DNA of 63,810 bases, the filler included, from Craspedostauros australis (taxonomy: Eukaryota), in assembly GCA_030167865.1 (NCBI GenBank). It is 6 parts of 6 records of this genome, joined end to end, with 100 filler letters (N's around TTAATTAATTAA, not from the genome) between each part and the next. Parts side by side here need not be neighbours in the genome. Positions count along the whole stretch, not along the records: positions 21,795 to 49,056 come from JALAGF010004487.1; positions 49,157 to 57,719 come from JALAGF010004493.1; 4 more parts are not named here. One strand, 5' to 3'. The translations under genes were made by a program, and so were the position numbers. How positions within the stretch are numbered: the first letter of the stretch is position 1; the number at the start of each line of letters is the position of its first letter. Positions 47,001-57,819 of the stretch are shown one piece after another. The notes beneath the pieces are model-generated. The model had not been told where the DNA came from, searched no databases, and saw nothing but the letters and a program-made list of their open reading frames with translations.

Positions 47001-48968
47001 AATGCCATGCGTCAGAAAGAATCGGAAGGGAGCATTCTTATCGCAGAAACGCTGCGAGTAGATGGCGGGGTTTTGGTTGGCCATGTAGTACGCTCCATCG
47101 CTGGTGGAATGCTTCATGCCAATGGCCTTGAGCAGCGGGTGGCGTTTGGTCATGCTCAGAATCGGCATGTAGTGCATCCATGGTGCCACGTTGTCTTCGC
47201 GATCGCACTTGACATTCAGCACCGTGTTTCTGCGTCTCTGTTGCAGATGCGCATCTTGTTTCAGACGCTTTTGTCCCTTCTTTTGTTGCCTCTGCTTCTT
47301 GGCAGGCGGGGTGCCGCGCTTGCCTTTCTTCTGGGCAGGTGACGCTTTGGGGCCGGTCTTGGTCGATTTTGGTTTCGGAGAGGAGGTCTTCTTGCGTGGC
47401 ACATCAGCTGCCTTTGGTAGTTGGTCATGAACTGACTTTCTCTTGACACCCTTCTTCTTGAGAGTTGTTGGAGCGGAGTTGCTTGTGGGAGCTTCTGTGT
47501 TTCCGGTTGCGACGGCAGATGTGGGTGTGGGTGTGCTGGCTGCACCAGTTGTTGAACTCCAATTGTAGTGCTCATAGCAGAAACGCTTCAATTCATCCCT
47601 CGTCATGAGAGGGAAGGGAGATGCGGAGCTGGATGGGACTTGGTACATGAAGATGTTTTGGTTCGTTTGGGAGGCACCTCTCGCGTTGCCAGCGTTGCTG
47701 CGATCCACTCTGCGGGATGTCATGCCAGCAAAGGTGAGCTTGATCATGACCGCGGCAAAGTCATCGGTTGGTTCCAGCGGCGAATCCAGTTTCGGTGGAA
47801 CGGGCGGTGGCGCCGTGCTGGTCGATTTCGCTGTAGGCGTTGATGGCGCAGACTGGCTTGTGGTCTGATGAGCGTTGATTCGCAAATCCTTGGCAGTTGA
47901 TTGCTGTTCGCTGCGCAAGGGGATGACCGTACTTGCACCAACGGAGCGATCATCCGTGGTGTTGCGAGTGCAGGTGGAGACCGATGTCGAGTCTTCCGCA
48001 ACGGAAACGGCCGCAACACTCCGGCTATCCCAATGTGTCTCTCTTGGAGGTCGCTGTGGTTGTGCTGGCTGAGATTGCAACTGCTGCTGTTGTTGCTTTG
48101 GGGGGAGTCCCAACCGTTGTCTGCATCTTTGCTCAAACAAGGTGTATCTGTGCTCGTTGGTCACGGCTGCGCCCCCAACGGAGACCGCCGTCTGCTTGGA
48201 GGTCCTGCGTTGTTGGATGTACGACATGACTTCATCCAGAGCTCGGTGGAAGATGATCCAGTCGTCGTCCGCGGCAAAGATCTCGCGCCGGTTCATCTGA
48301 TGGTACATGTAGGGCTTTCTGCCTCGCAGGAATTCCGTGCACTCGTTGACGTGGCCCTTCGTGAGGACCATGATTTCCAACGGATATCCGAACAGCTTGG
48401 CGAGCAGAGGTTGAGCATGCTGTTGGTTCGACGGTGCATCCATTTCCAAGCAATCATCGGCGCTGAGCATGGACTCCATGAAAATGGCGGTGAGTGTCGT
48501 CTGTGCATCGTTCCATTGTTGCGGTGGCATGATCTTCTCCAGATCCTCCAGCATCTCATCAAAGTCAGGATACACCACAGCGGGCCAATGGATCGGAGGC
48601 GATTCACGTTGTTGCTGCTGCTGCTGTGTTGCGGGAGTCTCCGCGAGGTCTGGTGATTGTGCTTGTTGCACAGGCAGAGAGGTGGTGTGGAGGGGAATCC
48701 ACATGAGCGTCGGTCGCATGATCTGCGTCGCTTTCATCGTCTGTCGTTGCTGTTGCTGCTGCTGCTGCAGTTGAGAAGAAGGATCCATGGTGTTGGGCGC
48801 CCGTTGATCGGCAACTTGCGAGGTAGCAGCTGCTATCATGGGATTTGTGTGAAGATGCACCTGCCGAAGCCGATGATGATGTGCGTATGTGCTCAAAGAC
48901 CCTTGCGCCCTGCTGTATTCCAAGCTGATCGAGGAGGGAACGATACGAAGCCAATCAGTTAGTGCCAA
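44046..48968 (-). CDS. Large hypothetical nuclear protein with a PWWP-like N-terminal motif, internal repeats and an acidic C-terminus; start uncertain (ATG about 48840 or 48789)
   Basis: 4.9-kb open frame; IHWPAVVY motif; Lys-rich NLS-like region; recurring W/L..L.K.G....Y....F....LR.FL...GIP units. Confidence 0.8.
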   Translation of the reverse strand: MALTDWLRIVPSSISLEYSRAQGSLSTYAHHHRLRQVHLHTNPMIAAATSQVADQRAPNTMDPSSQLQQQQQQQRQTMKATQIMRPTLMWIPLHTTSLPVQQAQSPDLAETPATQQQQQQRESPPIHWPAVVYPDFDEMLEDLEKIMPPQQWNDAQTTLTAIFMESMLSADDCLEMDAPSNQQHAQPLLAKLFGYPLEIMVLTKGHVNECTEFLRGRKPYMYHQMNRREIFAADDDWIIFHRALDEVMSYIQQRRTSKQTAVSVGGAAVTNEHRYTLFEQRCRQRLGLPPKQQQQQLQSQPAQPQRPPRETHWDSRSVAAVSVAEDSTSVSTCTRNTTDDRSVGASTVIPLRSEQQSTAKDLRINAHQTTSQSAPSTPTAKSTSTAPPPVPPKLDSPLEPTDDFAAVMIKLTFAGMTSRRVDRSNAGNARGASQTNQNIFMYQVPSSSASPFPLMTRDELKRFCYEHYNWSSTTGAASTPTPTSAVATGNTEAPTSNSAPTTLKKKGVKRKSVHDQLPKAADVPRKKTSSPKPKSTKTGPKASPAQKKGKRGTPPAKKQRQQKKGQKRLKQDAHLQQRRRNTVLNVKCDREDNVAPWMHYMPILSMTKRHPLLKAIGMKHSTSDGAYYMANQNPAIYSQRFCDKNAPFRFFLTHGIPNVEELDERTRCIVELLARHSNDPKSAWLAQKLDTRLLTSKEAWGLLQKYGFQKAPRTGMITAPPQSGLPLKQFVSLKHLRRYLRGIPDLQEACSEQNTTSSRTGRKARRATTKIKQILNDGEELALRLWLATSRAPIPTYGDDPESDHAEMDKSYEDIEVSELENGSAQWETLHILNPSHKKSKDAADGSDGKEQEEENEAVNLVDGVELQREEEGEQNTAMNGLPVDDDGTNSGGSRDNNREAASGVKIDSQHSHHAVSGSKHGTGGCDGDASMKSETNTEIEVESESEGQIEIEADASATSDDFPQGTIPFEPLVTTSVAWNLLMKCGCTYSGTYRLPGETSANMSHLDRFESINALRKFLCREGIPLYQDNLYRLTADEQTDLKRWIMFANIKSWDIPRLSYAPITDEEAETMLKKSGFRKDGIRYYFPSVANTDSNSNDAGIQEIEGLSFLRCLSGVRYHIRNLDDMAKLGYADDQQSLRRRKRRDHRRSPLSEDEVRSLQLWAAECDDELPTFQFFPVMDDDEGDGDSAAEEGEVDAAVDTGNADSEDNGNGNGNGNSESSSENEEEGEIDESGDDHVATASTNASTDRQTAEQDSGNGNGNDEGIGMTGEHRVDMNGGDVATITETIEQTSAPVAGDNEATTFTANANEDISEAVSTVDDKASKRNRIADAAATVGISDSVSIVKNGAIANDIPAASRPPATLEALVEAAAASAASASQDEAHVAETEMAPDSKVRTDPVPPPQTGACVPKSAGDSHQQQQPEAHHHQHEAQAAIFNSAKVATMVNKTETTSNNSGDLSQEMEIMPEGRQHDELQQNWLAVFSQAEEEARHEAIADVSTTTASAMNIESNGSDDMLEEASDDQANVDDEKATEETSQLNDHGYNGDDDNDGMLVDDVNGTAYVREDAPLYTQPDNDTHDAIHNSYRNAEDEPEEAHYPHQYQELQQPLRQQRFSTNMELIQGYADCSEDMFESTFMH

Positions 48969-49056
48969 ATCGCCGACAAGCGAGACGCCCGTTGCTTCAC
49001 GATGATGCCAATCGTTGTTGCTGTTGATGCAGCAGTTCTGGCCTTGGTTGGAGTTG

Positions 49057-49156
49057 NNNNNNNNNNNNNNNNNNNNNNNNNNNNNNNNNNNNNNNNNNNN
49101 TTAATTAATTAANNNNNNNNNNNNNNNNNNNNNNNNNNNNNNNNNNNNNNNNNNNN
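49057..49156. other. Artificial contig spacer
   Basis: N44-TTAATTAATTAA-N44. Confidence 0.97.
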
Positions 49157-49725
49157 ATTGCAAGCGACAAATAATTCAAAATAGGAACAGGTGTGACATC
49201 ATCAGCGAGTTTTGGCGATACTCAGCGAAGTCTAAGGAAGATCTACAACGGCCGAAGACCAAAACTATTGCAAGGTCTATAACTTTTGATCCACAACTCT
49301 CCCGATTTTTTAATTAAATACCCCTCGACAGAATTTTACGTAGATTCCGAATATGTACTTATTTTGTTATATTTTAAGTCACTATCAGGCACGACTGCAC
49401 CTTCGGTCACTCGAGTGGGTCTTAAACAACGTTAGCGGCTCCAGAATCGATTGACATTTCCCGTTTGTGGACATCACACACATCGTCACCACATGCGCAC
49501 GCACACATCGTCGCCACGCAGACACAAAAAACCGTCACATTTTTGCTTCATTCCAAAGGTGCCTCCGCCGATGCAATGCTTATTGTATCTGTTGTGCTGC
49601 GGTCGTATTGGGAGGAGTGAGAGTACAAATGACATTGGCAGTTGTTGTTTTTGCTGCTTCATCCAACACCTCCTTCGGGCTCCCTTCCTCCACTCACTTT
49701 CATTCATCGTTCTACAGTGCAATTC

Positions 49726-49794
49726 ATCAATCAATCGATCAATCAATCGATCAATCAATCGATCAATCAATCGATCAATCAATCGATCAATCAA
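49726..49794. repeat. (ATCAATCAATCG)n minisatellite, about 5 copies
   Basis: Seen directly. Confidence 0.9.
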
Positions 49795-50157
49795 GCTACT
49801 CTGCTACCATCAACACCATGTCCTCCACCGCCGCCAAAGCCTCAATCAAGGGTCAAAACCAGTCTCCTCGTAAGAAGCCTCATTCCTGTGTTGACCCTCT
49901 CGGTTCTCCTTTTGATTTGGATGGCAACTTGGCACCTACTCGTGAGCAGCTGTTGCCCGACAAGCTGTCTGCTGGATCGCAGAAGCCAACCGACATCGTT
50001 CACACGATCGAGGTGAAGCCGATGCTTCCAGTGGACAGCAACCTTGTTCCAACTTTTGTCGAGATGTACATGTGAGTATATGTCGAGATGTACGTGTATA
50101 TGTGCATCGTTCACCCGTTTTTCTCTCATACGCACTTGGACGGTACAACTACATTCG

Positions 50158-50850
50158 TGTCGATAGTATGCTGTGATTCGTCAGAATTACAGAGGAAATG
50201 GAACACACGAAAATGAGCAGAATTTCTGGAGGAAATTTGCAATCGACGATTTCTGAGACAATTAGAAACATCGTCCGTCTATCCATCAATGGTACCAAGA
50301 GAATCTCGAGGTACTTCCCAACTAAACCTCAGATGACGATATCATCTGACAGACCACTGCATCACCAATGGAACATGACATCTGGAGAGTAGAAGGACGC
50401 CTACTGACGTCGACAGGATGTCAACATGTCACCACGTCGACATCTGTCTCCAAGTCAGAGCAGGAGGCAAAGATCCGATGACCGAAGGGCATCAAGATCA
50501 TGGATACAGAAGGTGAAGTTCAAATGTTAAGTACTCATGGAGTAGGAACCAGTAGTGAATGAAAGAAGTGTTGAATGCGGAGTACGCATCGAACATGGAG
50601 TATCGTGTAGCACGAGCACACAATATTGAGAGAGAGAGAATACAAGGAGCAGCGAGAGAGCATCTCGCACACCGACTCATAGTCAGAGACTGAATCTACA
50701 AAACAGATTGAAGCGCCAAGAGCATCGGGCAAGAGAATGGGCGTACGCTGAGAGGATCGGAGTAGCCAAGTAATGAAATAGCAAACAGAACGACTATCAA
50801 CAATACCGTCTTCCATGATCGTAGGCTTCCAATCATGGAACTTGCCAACA
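50158..50850 (-). mobile_element. Possible LTR truncating the degenerate copia pol; left boundary uncertain
   Basis: Pol similarity (STKGWKLCIRWKDG) stops exactly where TGTTGG begins on the minus strand at 50850. No TSD found. Confidence 0.4.
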
Positions 50851-53800
50851 TCCGTCTTTCCATCGTATGCACAGTTTCCAGCCTTTTGTGGATTTCGTTT
50901 TGGGAGAAGCAAAAGAGACTGAGGGTAAGCGTTTGTGGTCAATGATTTCGTCCATGAGGACGGTCTCATAACCGTCGTCGTCGACACGAGCATAGATGTT
51001 TTCTGCGATTTGGTTTGCACTTAATGCTTCCTGATGCCCGTCGAGGAATTCGACTTCGTAGCGCGATGTGTCCAGCATCGGATTGTCATGCGAATGGCCG
51101 ATGAGGTTGCCATCTGCATCGCGTTTCCTCCGTTTCAAAGTGCCATATCGCATCTCGCCCCCCGTCGGCAGGACGACCTTGGCCATTATGTAGCGATCGT
51201 ACACCTTGCTGGATACGTCTTTGGGTTCGATGACGGACTCCAGTGGTTCTGTGTTCTGTAGATAGGCGATGTCGGCGGCGGTGTCGTCAACGTCGTCGCC
51301 GTCGTCTTCGGGCACCATGCCTTCCATGCGTTTGTTCCATTTAGTGCTCAGTTAGACATGAAGTCGGTTTGTTTCTGTTGTAGGACGTCATCGTTCGTAT
51401 CATCGTGTGAAAGAGGCAAGACAGAGGATTTGGAGACAACAATGCCATTAGCGGTGAGTATGTACGAGCACATGGCCTCACCGACAGAACGGCTTGGCCC
51501 CAGATAGCGTCCAAGTTGCTTCAGGTTCATGGAGGCATCTTGTATGTTGATATACCAGACAAAGTCAAACCACGCAAATTTGGCAATGTGTGAGATGTCG
51601 GCTGTGTCGCCTGATAGGATCGTGGCGGGTGTTTCTCCATGCAAGTCGTACACAGATAGCGCTGTGTGGCTTCGGATCTCCGCACAGTATTCAAAGCAGT
51701 AATCCCACAGATATTCGGGCGTGTTGGTTGAGGTCATCAAGCAATGATAATGACGACGCAGTTCGCGGATGGTTGCCTCCACACGGTTTTGGTTGTGTAT
51801 GTACGCCTCGATCGGGCGGATGGACACTTGCGCCTTGTGTAGTTTGCGGCGGAACTCGCCAGCCACGAGCTCTTTCGCGTTATCGGGGATGATTGTGTGA
51901 GAAATGCCGTGGTCGCGAAACATTTCGTCGAGGGTGAGGTGTGCGTTCTTGCGTTCCGTCATCGGATACACACGAACCCAGTGGAATGGTGTGCAATATA
52001 TCATCGCACATTTGTTGCCACGGATCGATTTGGTTTTCGCGTGCATTGTGTCGGCATACACTTGTGTGTTCAGGCGACGATAGCGCAGTTGCATGGCATA
52101 CGGATTGAGTCGCCGCGTGCCTGTCGAATTGCGGAAGTCGCGCACAGCCATGTGTGTTGTGGCCTGTGGCGTTCGAGTGGCTGCGTCAACGCCAAGGCGC
52201 CAACGTCGCGCCAGTGCCTCCGGCGTGATCGTCCCCTTTCGATTGGAGGACTGAGTGCCGCTGACTGCCTTAATGTCTCGTATGATTGTTGGCGACACGG
52301 GCGGCGGCATTGACGGGACGGTTGTTCTGATGGCGTCCTCGTCGTCCCCTGACGACCAGCACCCTGGATCCCAGGTAGACTCCTGTGTCATCATGATGTG
52401 GACACAGTTGTGATCGGACTGGACTTCTTGTCATGTCGGTTTTCGTGTGTGGAAGTACGATATGGTACCACGTAGTCGGAGCGGGATATGGAGGTTGTTA
52501 CAGGAGGAGATCACTGAGTGATCCTCCGGTTTCCGTTCATCCTCATGGATCATGAGTAATGGAACATCATTAATAACAACACCAGCTGCTCGCATCTGGT
52601 TCGGGCACAATAACGGGTGCTCAAGACGAGGAAAGTAGATTGATTGCGGAAAGAAGAGAACAAATGTTTGGTATGTAACGGGATCATCATATGCTATCGC
52701 TGCCATGACAATTGGCACGTTATCGATGTTCCCAAGTGAGTCAAGAAATGGGGTCACAGTCACAGTCTGATTCGTGGTGTGCACAATATACGCTGTGTCG
52801 CCAAAGCAACATGTGTCAGCATGCGAGTCAAGCTCTGCTCACAGTGTGTCAGATGATGGGGAATGACTGACAGATGTGATCTGCCGGTTCCCACCATGCC
52901 GCGATCAGGAGCAGTTGTTTTGGTTGCAGCAAGACATCATGGAACCAATACCAGCCGTTTGGTTTGTACCAGAGTTGTTGTTCTGGTTTGGTGGGGTAGG
53001 AGGTCCGTAGTGGCCATCCGTATCCTCACAGGGACGTTTGGGCGGACTGCCCCGACCAACAGACATCACACCTCGACGCTTGTCACGTGCACCGCGCAGT
53101 TCCAACGCGCGTGCCTTTTGGGCGGATGACATGGCTGCCCATTCCTTGGGGAGACAATGTTGGTCAGTGCTGACCATGTTGGGATTGTACTGTTTGGTCC
53201 GTCCTTGGCCTCCACGTCCTGGTTTGTTGGCTCGGTGATGGCTGTTCCGGCCGCTGCTGTTGTTGTTGCATCCCATGGACAAGATTTGACGCGTGGGAGT
53301 CGATGCCTGTTTTTGGCCGATCACTTCGCTGAGTGCATTCACGGTGGCAGGGAAGCTGGTACGGATGCTTTCGTTTAGCATGATAGCGTCACACACGGTG
53401 GTCAAGTGTGGCACACAAATGCCATGCATCAGATGCCGGACTTTGGCATCCTCTACAAGCAGTTCACCACATGCAGCCATGTCTTCGAAGGCAGAGTTCA
53501 AGCGTTGGGTGTACATTTCAAATGTGAAGTTGCGTGACTTGCCATCATAGAAGGTGTTGTTGATGATGCCGGTTGCGGTTGTCTTAGTTCGGACCTGGTA
53601 TGAGTCGCTGCGGAAATACTCTTGGAGTGTAAGAAATGTGGCACGTCCATCTCTGGATTGTTTGTTATCTTGCACCCAGTTCCATGCTGGACCACCATGA
53701 GTCACGTGGCGGATGACCTGCCACACAGCTGCGTTGTCGACCTTGTGCTTGAGGCCTGTGAGTGCGGCTCTGTCGATCAGCTCCTCCTTGGGGGACGGGG

Positions 53801-55027
53801 TGCCAAATGGGGTAGTGATGGCTGGCACTCTGTCTTCTGGTTTGAGTGGGTTCTCACGGATGATGTACGACAGTGGAGTGTCGATTGCACCAAGCGTGTT
53901 TTCGAGATAGTTGGCGATATCCTCAAGGGTCTCGCAGACGTTGTCCACACGAGTGAGGGGTTCGGGCAGGTCCATCAATGCCAAGTCCTTTGCGTGGACT
54001 TCCTCCTCAAAGAGGGACCAGAGGGCGTTGAGGCGCTCCATTGGCGCTTCAGCGGCAGAGAAAGGACGCTGGATACGGTCGAAGTGGAAACGTGCATAAC
54101 GGAGCTTTCGTAGCTTCAGTTCGTGCACCCATCAAAAATTGACGCCGGGATCCTTGATTTGCGCTGGTGTGGTGGAGCGGTTTCCCGACGTTTGGGCTGG
54201 ATTGGCAACGAGACTGCTTCCTTTACGGATATGGTCGAAAGGCGTTTGCAGGTCGTCATCGGAGAACATCAATAGGTCATCGAAGGTGTTCAACCCCTGT
54301 ACACTGAGTGCTTGGCCAATGTCGGCCTTGGTAAAGCCCATGGTGTTGGTCAGATAGTTGCGAATCTCGTCGCTGTTGGTCAACATGTTGGCTTCGGTCT
54401 TGGTCAGAGTGTGGCTGTTGAACGCAGAGAGTAAGAAGAAAGCAAGACGTAGAGTTGTGACAGAAATCTCAGCTGGGACAGGGCGTGTTTCGTCGTGTGA
54501 GTTTTGCAGCGTGTGTGTGTCGATGTTTCGACCCACGGTGAAAAGCACGGATGTGGCGACGAGGCACACGATCTTTTCGCTCATTGCGAGCGCGTGTCTC
54601 AGTAGGGGTTCCGCATGGCCTGCGGTCGGTGCGTCCACCTTGTCTTGCCATCCACACCACGCCAAAGCGAACAGTGGGAGTGCATCCCTCTGGCGCCGGC
54701 CAAAATGCACCAGAACATCATTGTCAAAGGGGATGCAACAAGATTTCAAGCTGTGCCGGCTCACGGCGGTCCACCCTCGGAGCGGGGTCCCAGTATTGTC
54801 ATCGCCTCTTCAGGCGGTCCCCGCGTGCTTGCGCATGGCCCGCGTGAGCGGATGCGTAATGATAAACCAAGTTAACACACACATGCATTGTCATAGAGGG
54901 TTGGAAACCCAAAGGATTCAGATTATAAGGGTTATAGGGTCGTGTAGGATCGTCAGAGCATACACTGTTCTCACGTGGTTGGGCGATGCCCGTGTTCGCA
55001 CGTTAACCCCGTTTTAACCGTTTCACA
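50851..55027 (-). mobile_element. Degenerate, 3'-truncated Ty1/copia (CoDi-like) element: gag 54386-52905, protease and integrase 52904-50851, possible 5' LTR about 54873-55027
   Basis: ELDSHADTCC protease; integrase VYADTM...PDNAKE...HNQNRVEATIREL; post-integrase KRRKRDADGNLIG...YEVEF. Several premature stops (54132, 52431, 51348) and a frame change; no RT present. Confidence 0.9.
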
Positions 55028-55386
55028 CGTATCCCTGTTTGCGACAATTTTTGATTGGGTGAGTCAGTCGCATCAACACTTGACTAATCCGACCCATTTT
55101 GCCGGTTGTTCCAAAATGCTCCGAAACAGTCTCGTGTTGCCTATGACGGTCTTTTCGGGATGTTCTTCACAGGGACTCGAGGGACAAATGCTCTTGCGCC
55201 AACATGACCAACTCGTTTCTGTCTTGATCGGAAACTGTATCAACTGTGGGTGATGACGAACCAACAGGAACAAACAACAACGGAATCGCAGTGGATGGCC
55301 ACAAAATGAAGAAACAGAGCAAATTCATCTCGCATAATACCAGTACACGACTATTCGTTCACATACCCACCTTCTCTCCCTCCATC

Positions 55387-57719
55387 ATGCGCGACGACGA
55401 CCATGATCAAACGACCGAAGACAGTTCTGGCGATGTCGCAACAACCGCATCCGATACACCCAGAGGCAATGATGAGCACTCTCCTCTGCCAGACATCACA
55501 GATGATGTCGAAGCCGGCATCATCAAGCCACAATCATTGCCTCCGTCGCAGGCATCAACGACATTGGCTTCGTCCGACGGCATCAGCAGCCCTGCTGTCA
55601 TCAGCGAGCATGATGTCATCCACAAATCCATCCAAAACAAATCCTTCCTCGACCATCTCAAGTTCGTCGTCGAGCTCAAGTCCGACATCGTCTTTTCCAC
55701 TTGGTACAACGACAAGGGAAAGGCAATCAACAACTACACCTTCCAGCAGCTTTGGGATGAAGCCGGCCAATGCGCCCATCTCCTCCGCAACAAGTGGGAC
55801 GTCAACAAAGGCGACCGTGTCGTTCTCTGCTACGACTTCGGTCTGCACTTCTTCGCTGTCTTCTTGGGATGTCTTCGTGCAGGCGTGACTGCCGTGCTGG
55901 TCTATCCTCCTGGACCGCCGCTCGTCAAGTCGCTCACCAAGATGAACAAGGTGATCGAGGATTGCGCTCCAGCACTCATCCTCACCCAAACATCCATCAA
56001 TCTCCTTCGAGCCGCCGATCGCGCCAACCCAACATCCAAGAGCCGCTCCATGTGGCCAAGCGGGGTGAAGTACCAAGTCACAGATCGCATAGTTCGCCGT
56101 GATGGCTTCATCACGGACAAGACCAACGGCAAGAACAAGCAAGCCAAGAAAGGCTTCCTTTCCAGCCTCATCTCTGGCCGTTCATCATCACCGCCGCCTT
56201 CATTCGATGAACCCAACATCGCAGGATCGGATCTGGCGTTCCTCCAGTACACATCTGGAAGCACCGGCAACCCCAAGGGTGTGATGGTGACGCATGCCGC
56301 ACTGAGGGCTAACATCGAACTTCTCCATGGTGGTTGGCTGGATTGCTTTGAAAATGACGTGGGTGATAGAGGCAAAATACCAAAGAGAATCACGGCATGC
56401 TCATGGCTACCGCAGTACCATGACATGGGTCTGATCCAGATGGGCATTGCGCCTTTGTCCGGTGCCTTCCGTCTCCATATGCTGTCGCCCGTCTCATTTA
56501 TCAGCAACCCGCTGCTGTGGATTGATCTGATCTCGCGGCACAAGTGCCACATGAGTGCTGCGCCAGACTTTGCGTACCGCCTTGCAACACGCAAGTTCAA
56601 CGAGGCCAAGAGCAAGCAGACTGGAAAAGGTCATCCCATCCCGAACCTCGACCTATCCAACGTGTATCATCTGCAAAACGCGGCCGAACCAACACGGCTG
56701 GACACAGAAAAGCACTTCTCTGACGCATTCTGCCCATACGGCCTGCGCGAGGAATGGTTTGTGGCTGGGTATGGTCTTGCAGAGAATGTGGTTGGCGTGA
56801 GTTTCAAGCATGGATTTCATGTTTCTACCATCCGCGAAGGTGAAGATCTGCATCCATCTGTGGCAATTGCACACCGCAATACTCTACACCAATCGATTGA
56901 CATCATCATTGTGGACCCGGACACCTGCGTGAAACGTCCAGAAAATACCACTGGAGAGATCTGGATCGCCGGGGCCTCTGTCGCAGCCGGGTACTACAAT
57001 CAAGCCCAGCTCACCGCTGACGAATTTCATGCGAAGCTGCAAGATCCTCCATCCGATGGCGATGGCAATGGCGAGAACGCCGCTGACGGTGACAGCAATG
57101 GAGGCCGCCCTTCGACCAAGACGTACTTGCGAACGGGAGACTACGGATTCTTCCAAGATGATCATCTCTTCATTTGCGGACGCAAGAAGGACATCATCAT
57201 CGTCAATGGTGTCAACTACTACCCGCAAGATATCGAGCATGCTGTTGAAGAGGCCTCATCTGCCGTCCGTCCAGGATGTGTCGCGGCATTCTCATCTGAT
57301 GATTCAGGCAACGATGGACAGCTCGAGATCGTCTTTGAGATCCGAACCAACCATACAGACGATGCTGCAACAATCTGTCAGGAGATCAGAAAGGCCGTGA
57401 TGGAGCACATCGGATTGGCACCTGTCACAATCGCAGCCGTCAAGGAACGCACCATCTCCAAAACAACAAGCGGGAAGATCCAGAGACGCCGCAACCGACA
57501 ACGTCTGCACGATGGAGACCAGAAAGCAATATTCAGCTTCAGCGCAAACCCAAATCCAACCGCCCAAGTTGCACAGGATGGTGATGCCAAGACATCGCCA
57601 ACCGAAACCATGTCAGCGAGGAACGCAGACCAAGACGACGACCTCCAAAGTAAGACTTTCCATGAGATCATCACGAACGCAACGGGATCGCAAGTCAAGG
57701 GAGATGAAACGTGGGAGGA
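55387..57719 (+). CDS. Fatty acyl-AMP ligase (FAAL)-like adenylation enzyme, probably multidomain; 3'-truncated
   Basis: LAFLQYTSGSTGNPKGVMVTH, SWLPQYHDMGLI, P..F..NPLLW, APDFAY, YGLAE, YLRTGD, GRKKDIIIVNGVNYYPQDIE and KTTSGKIQR are FAAL-type signatures. Confidence 0.9.
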
Positions 57720-57819
57720 NNNNNNNNNNNNNNNNNNNNNNNNNNNNNNNNNNNNNNNNNNNNTTAATTAATTAANNNNNNNNNNNNNNNNNNNNNNNNN
57801 NNNNNNNNNNNNNNNNNNN
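57720..57819. other. Artificial contig spacer
   Basis: N44-TTAATTAATTAA-N44. Confidence 0.97.
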
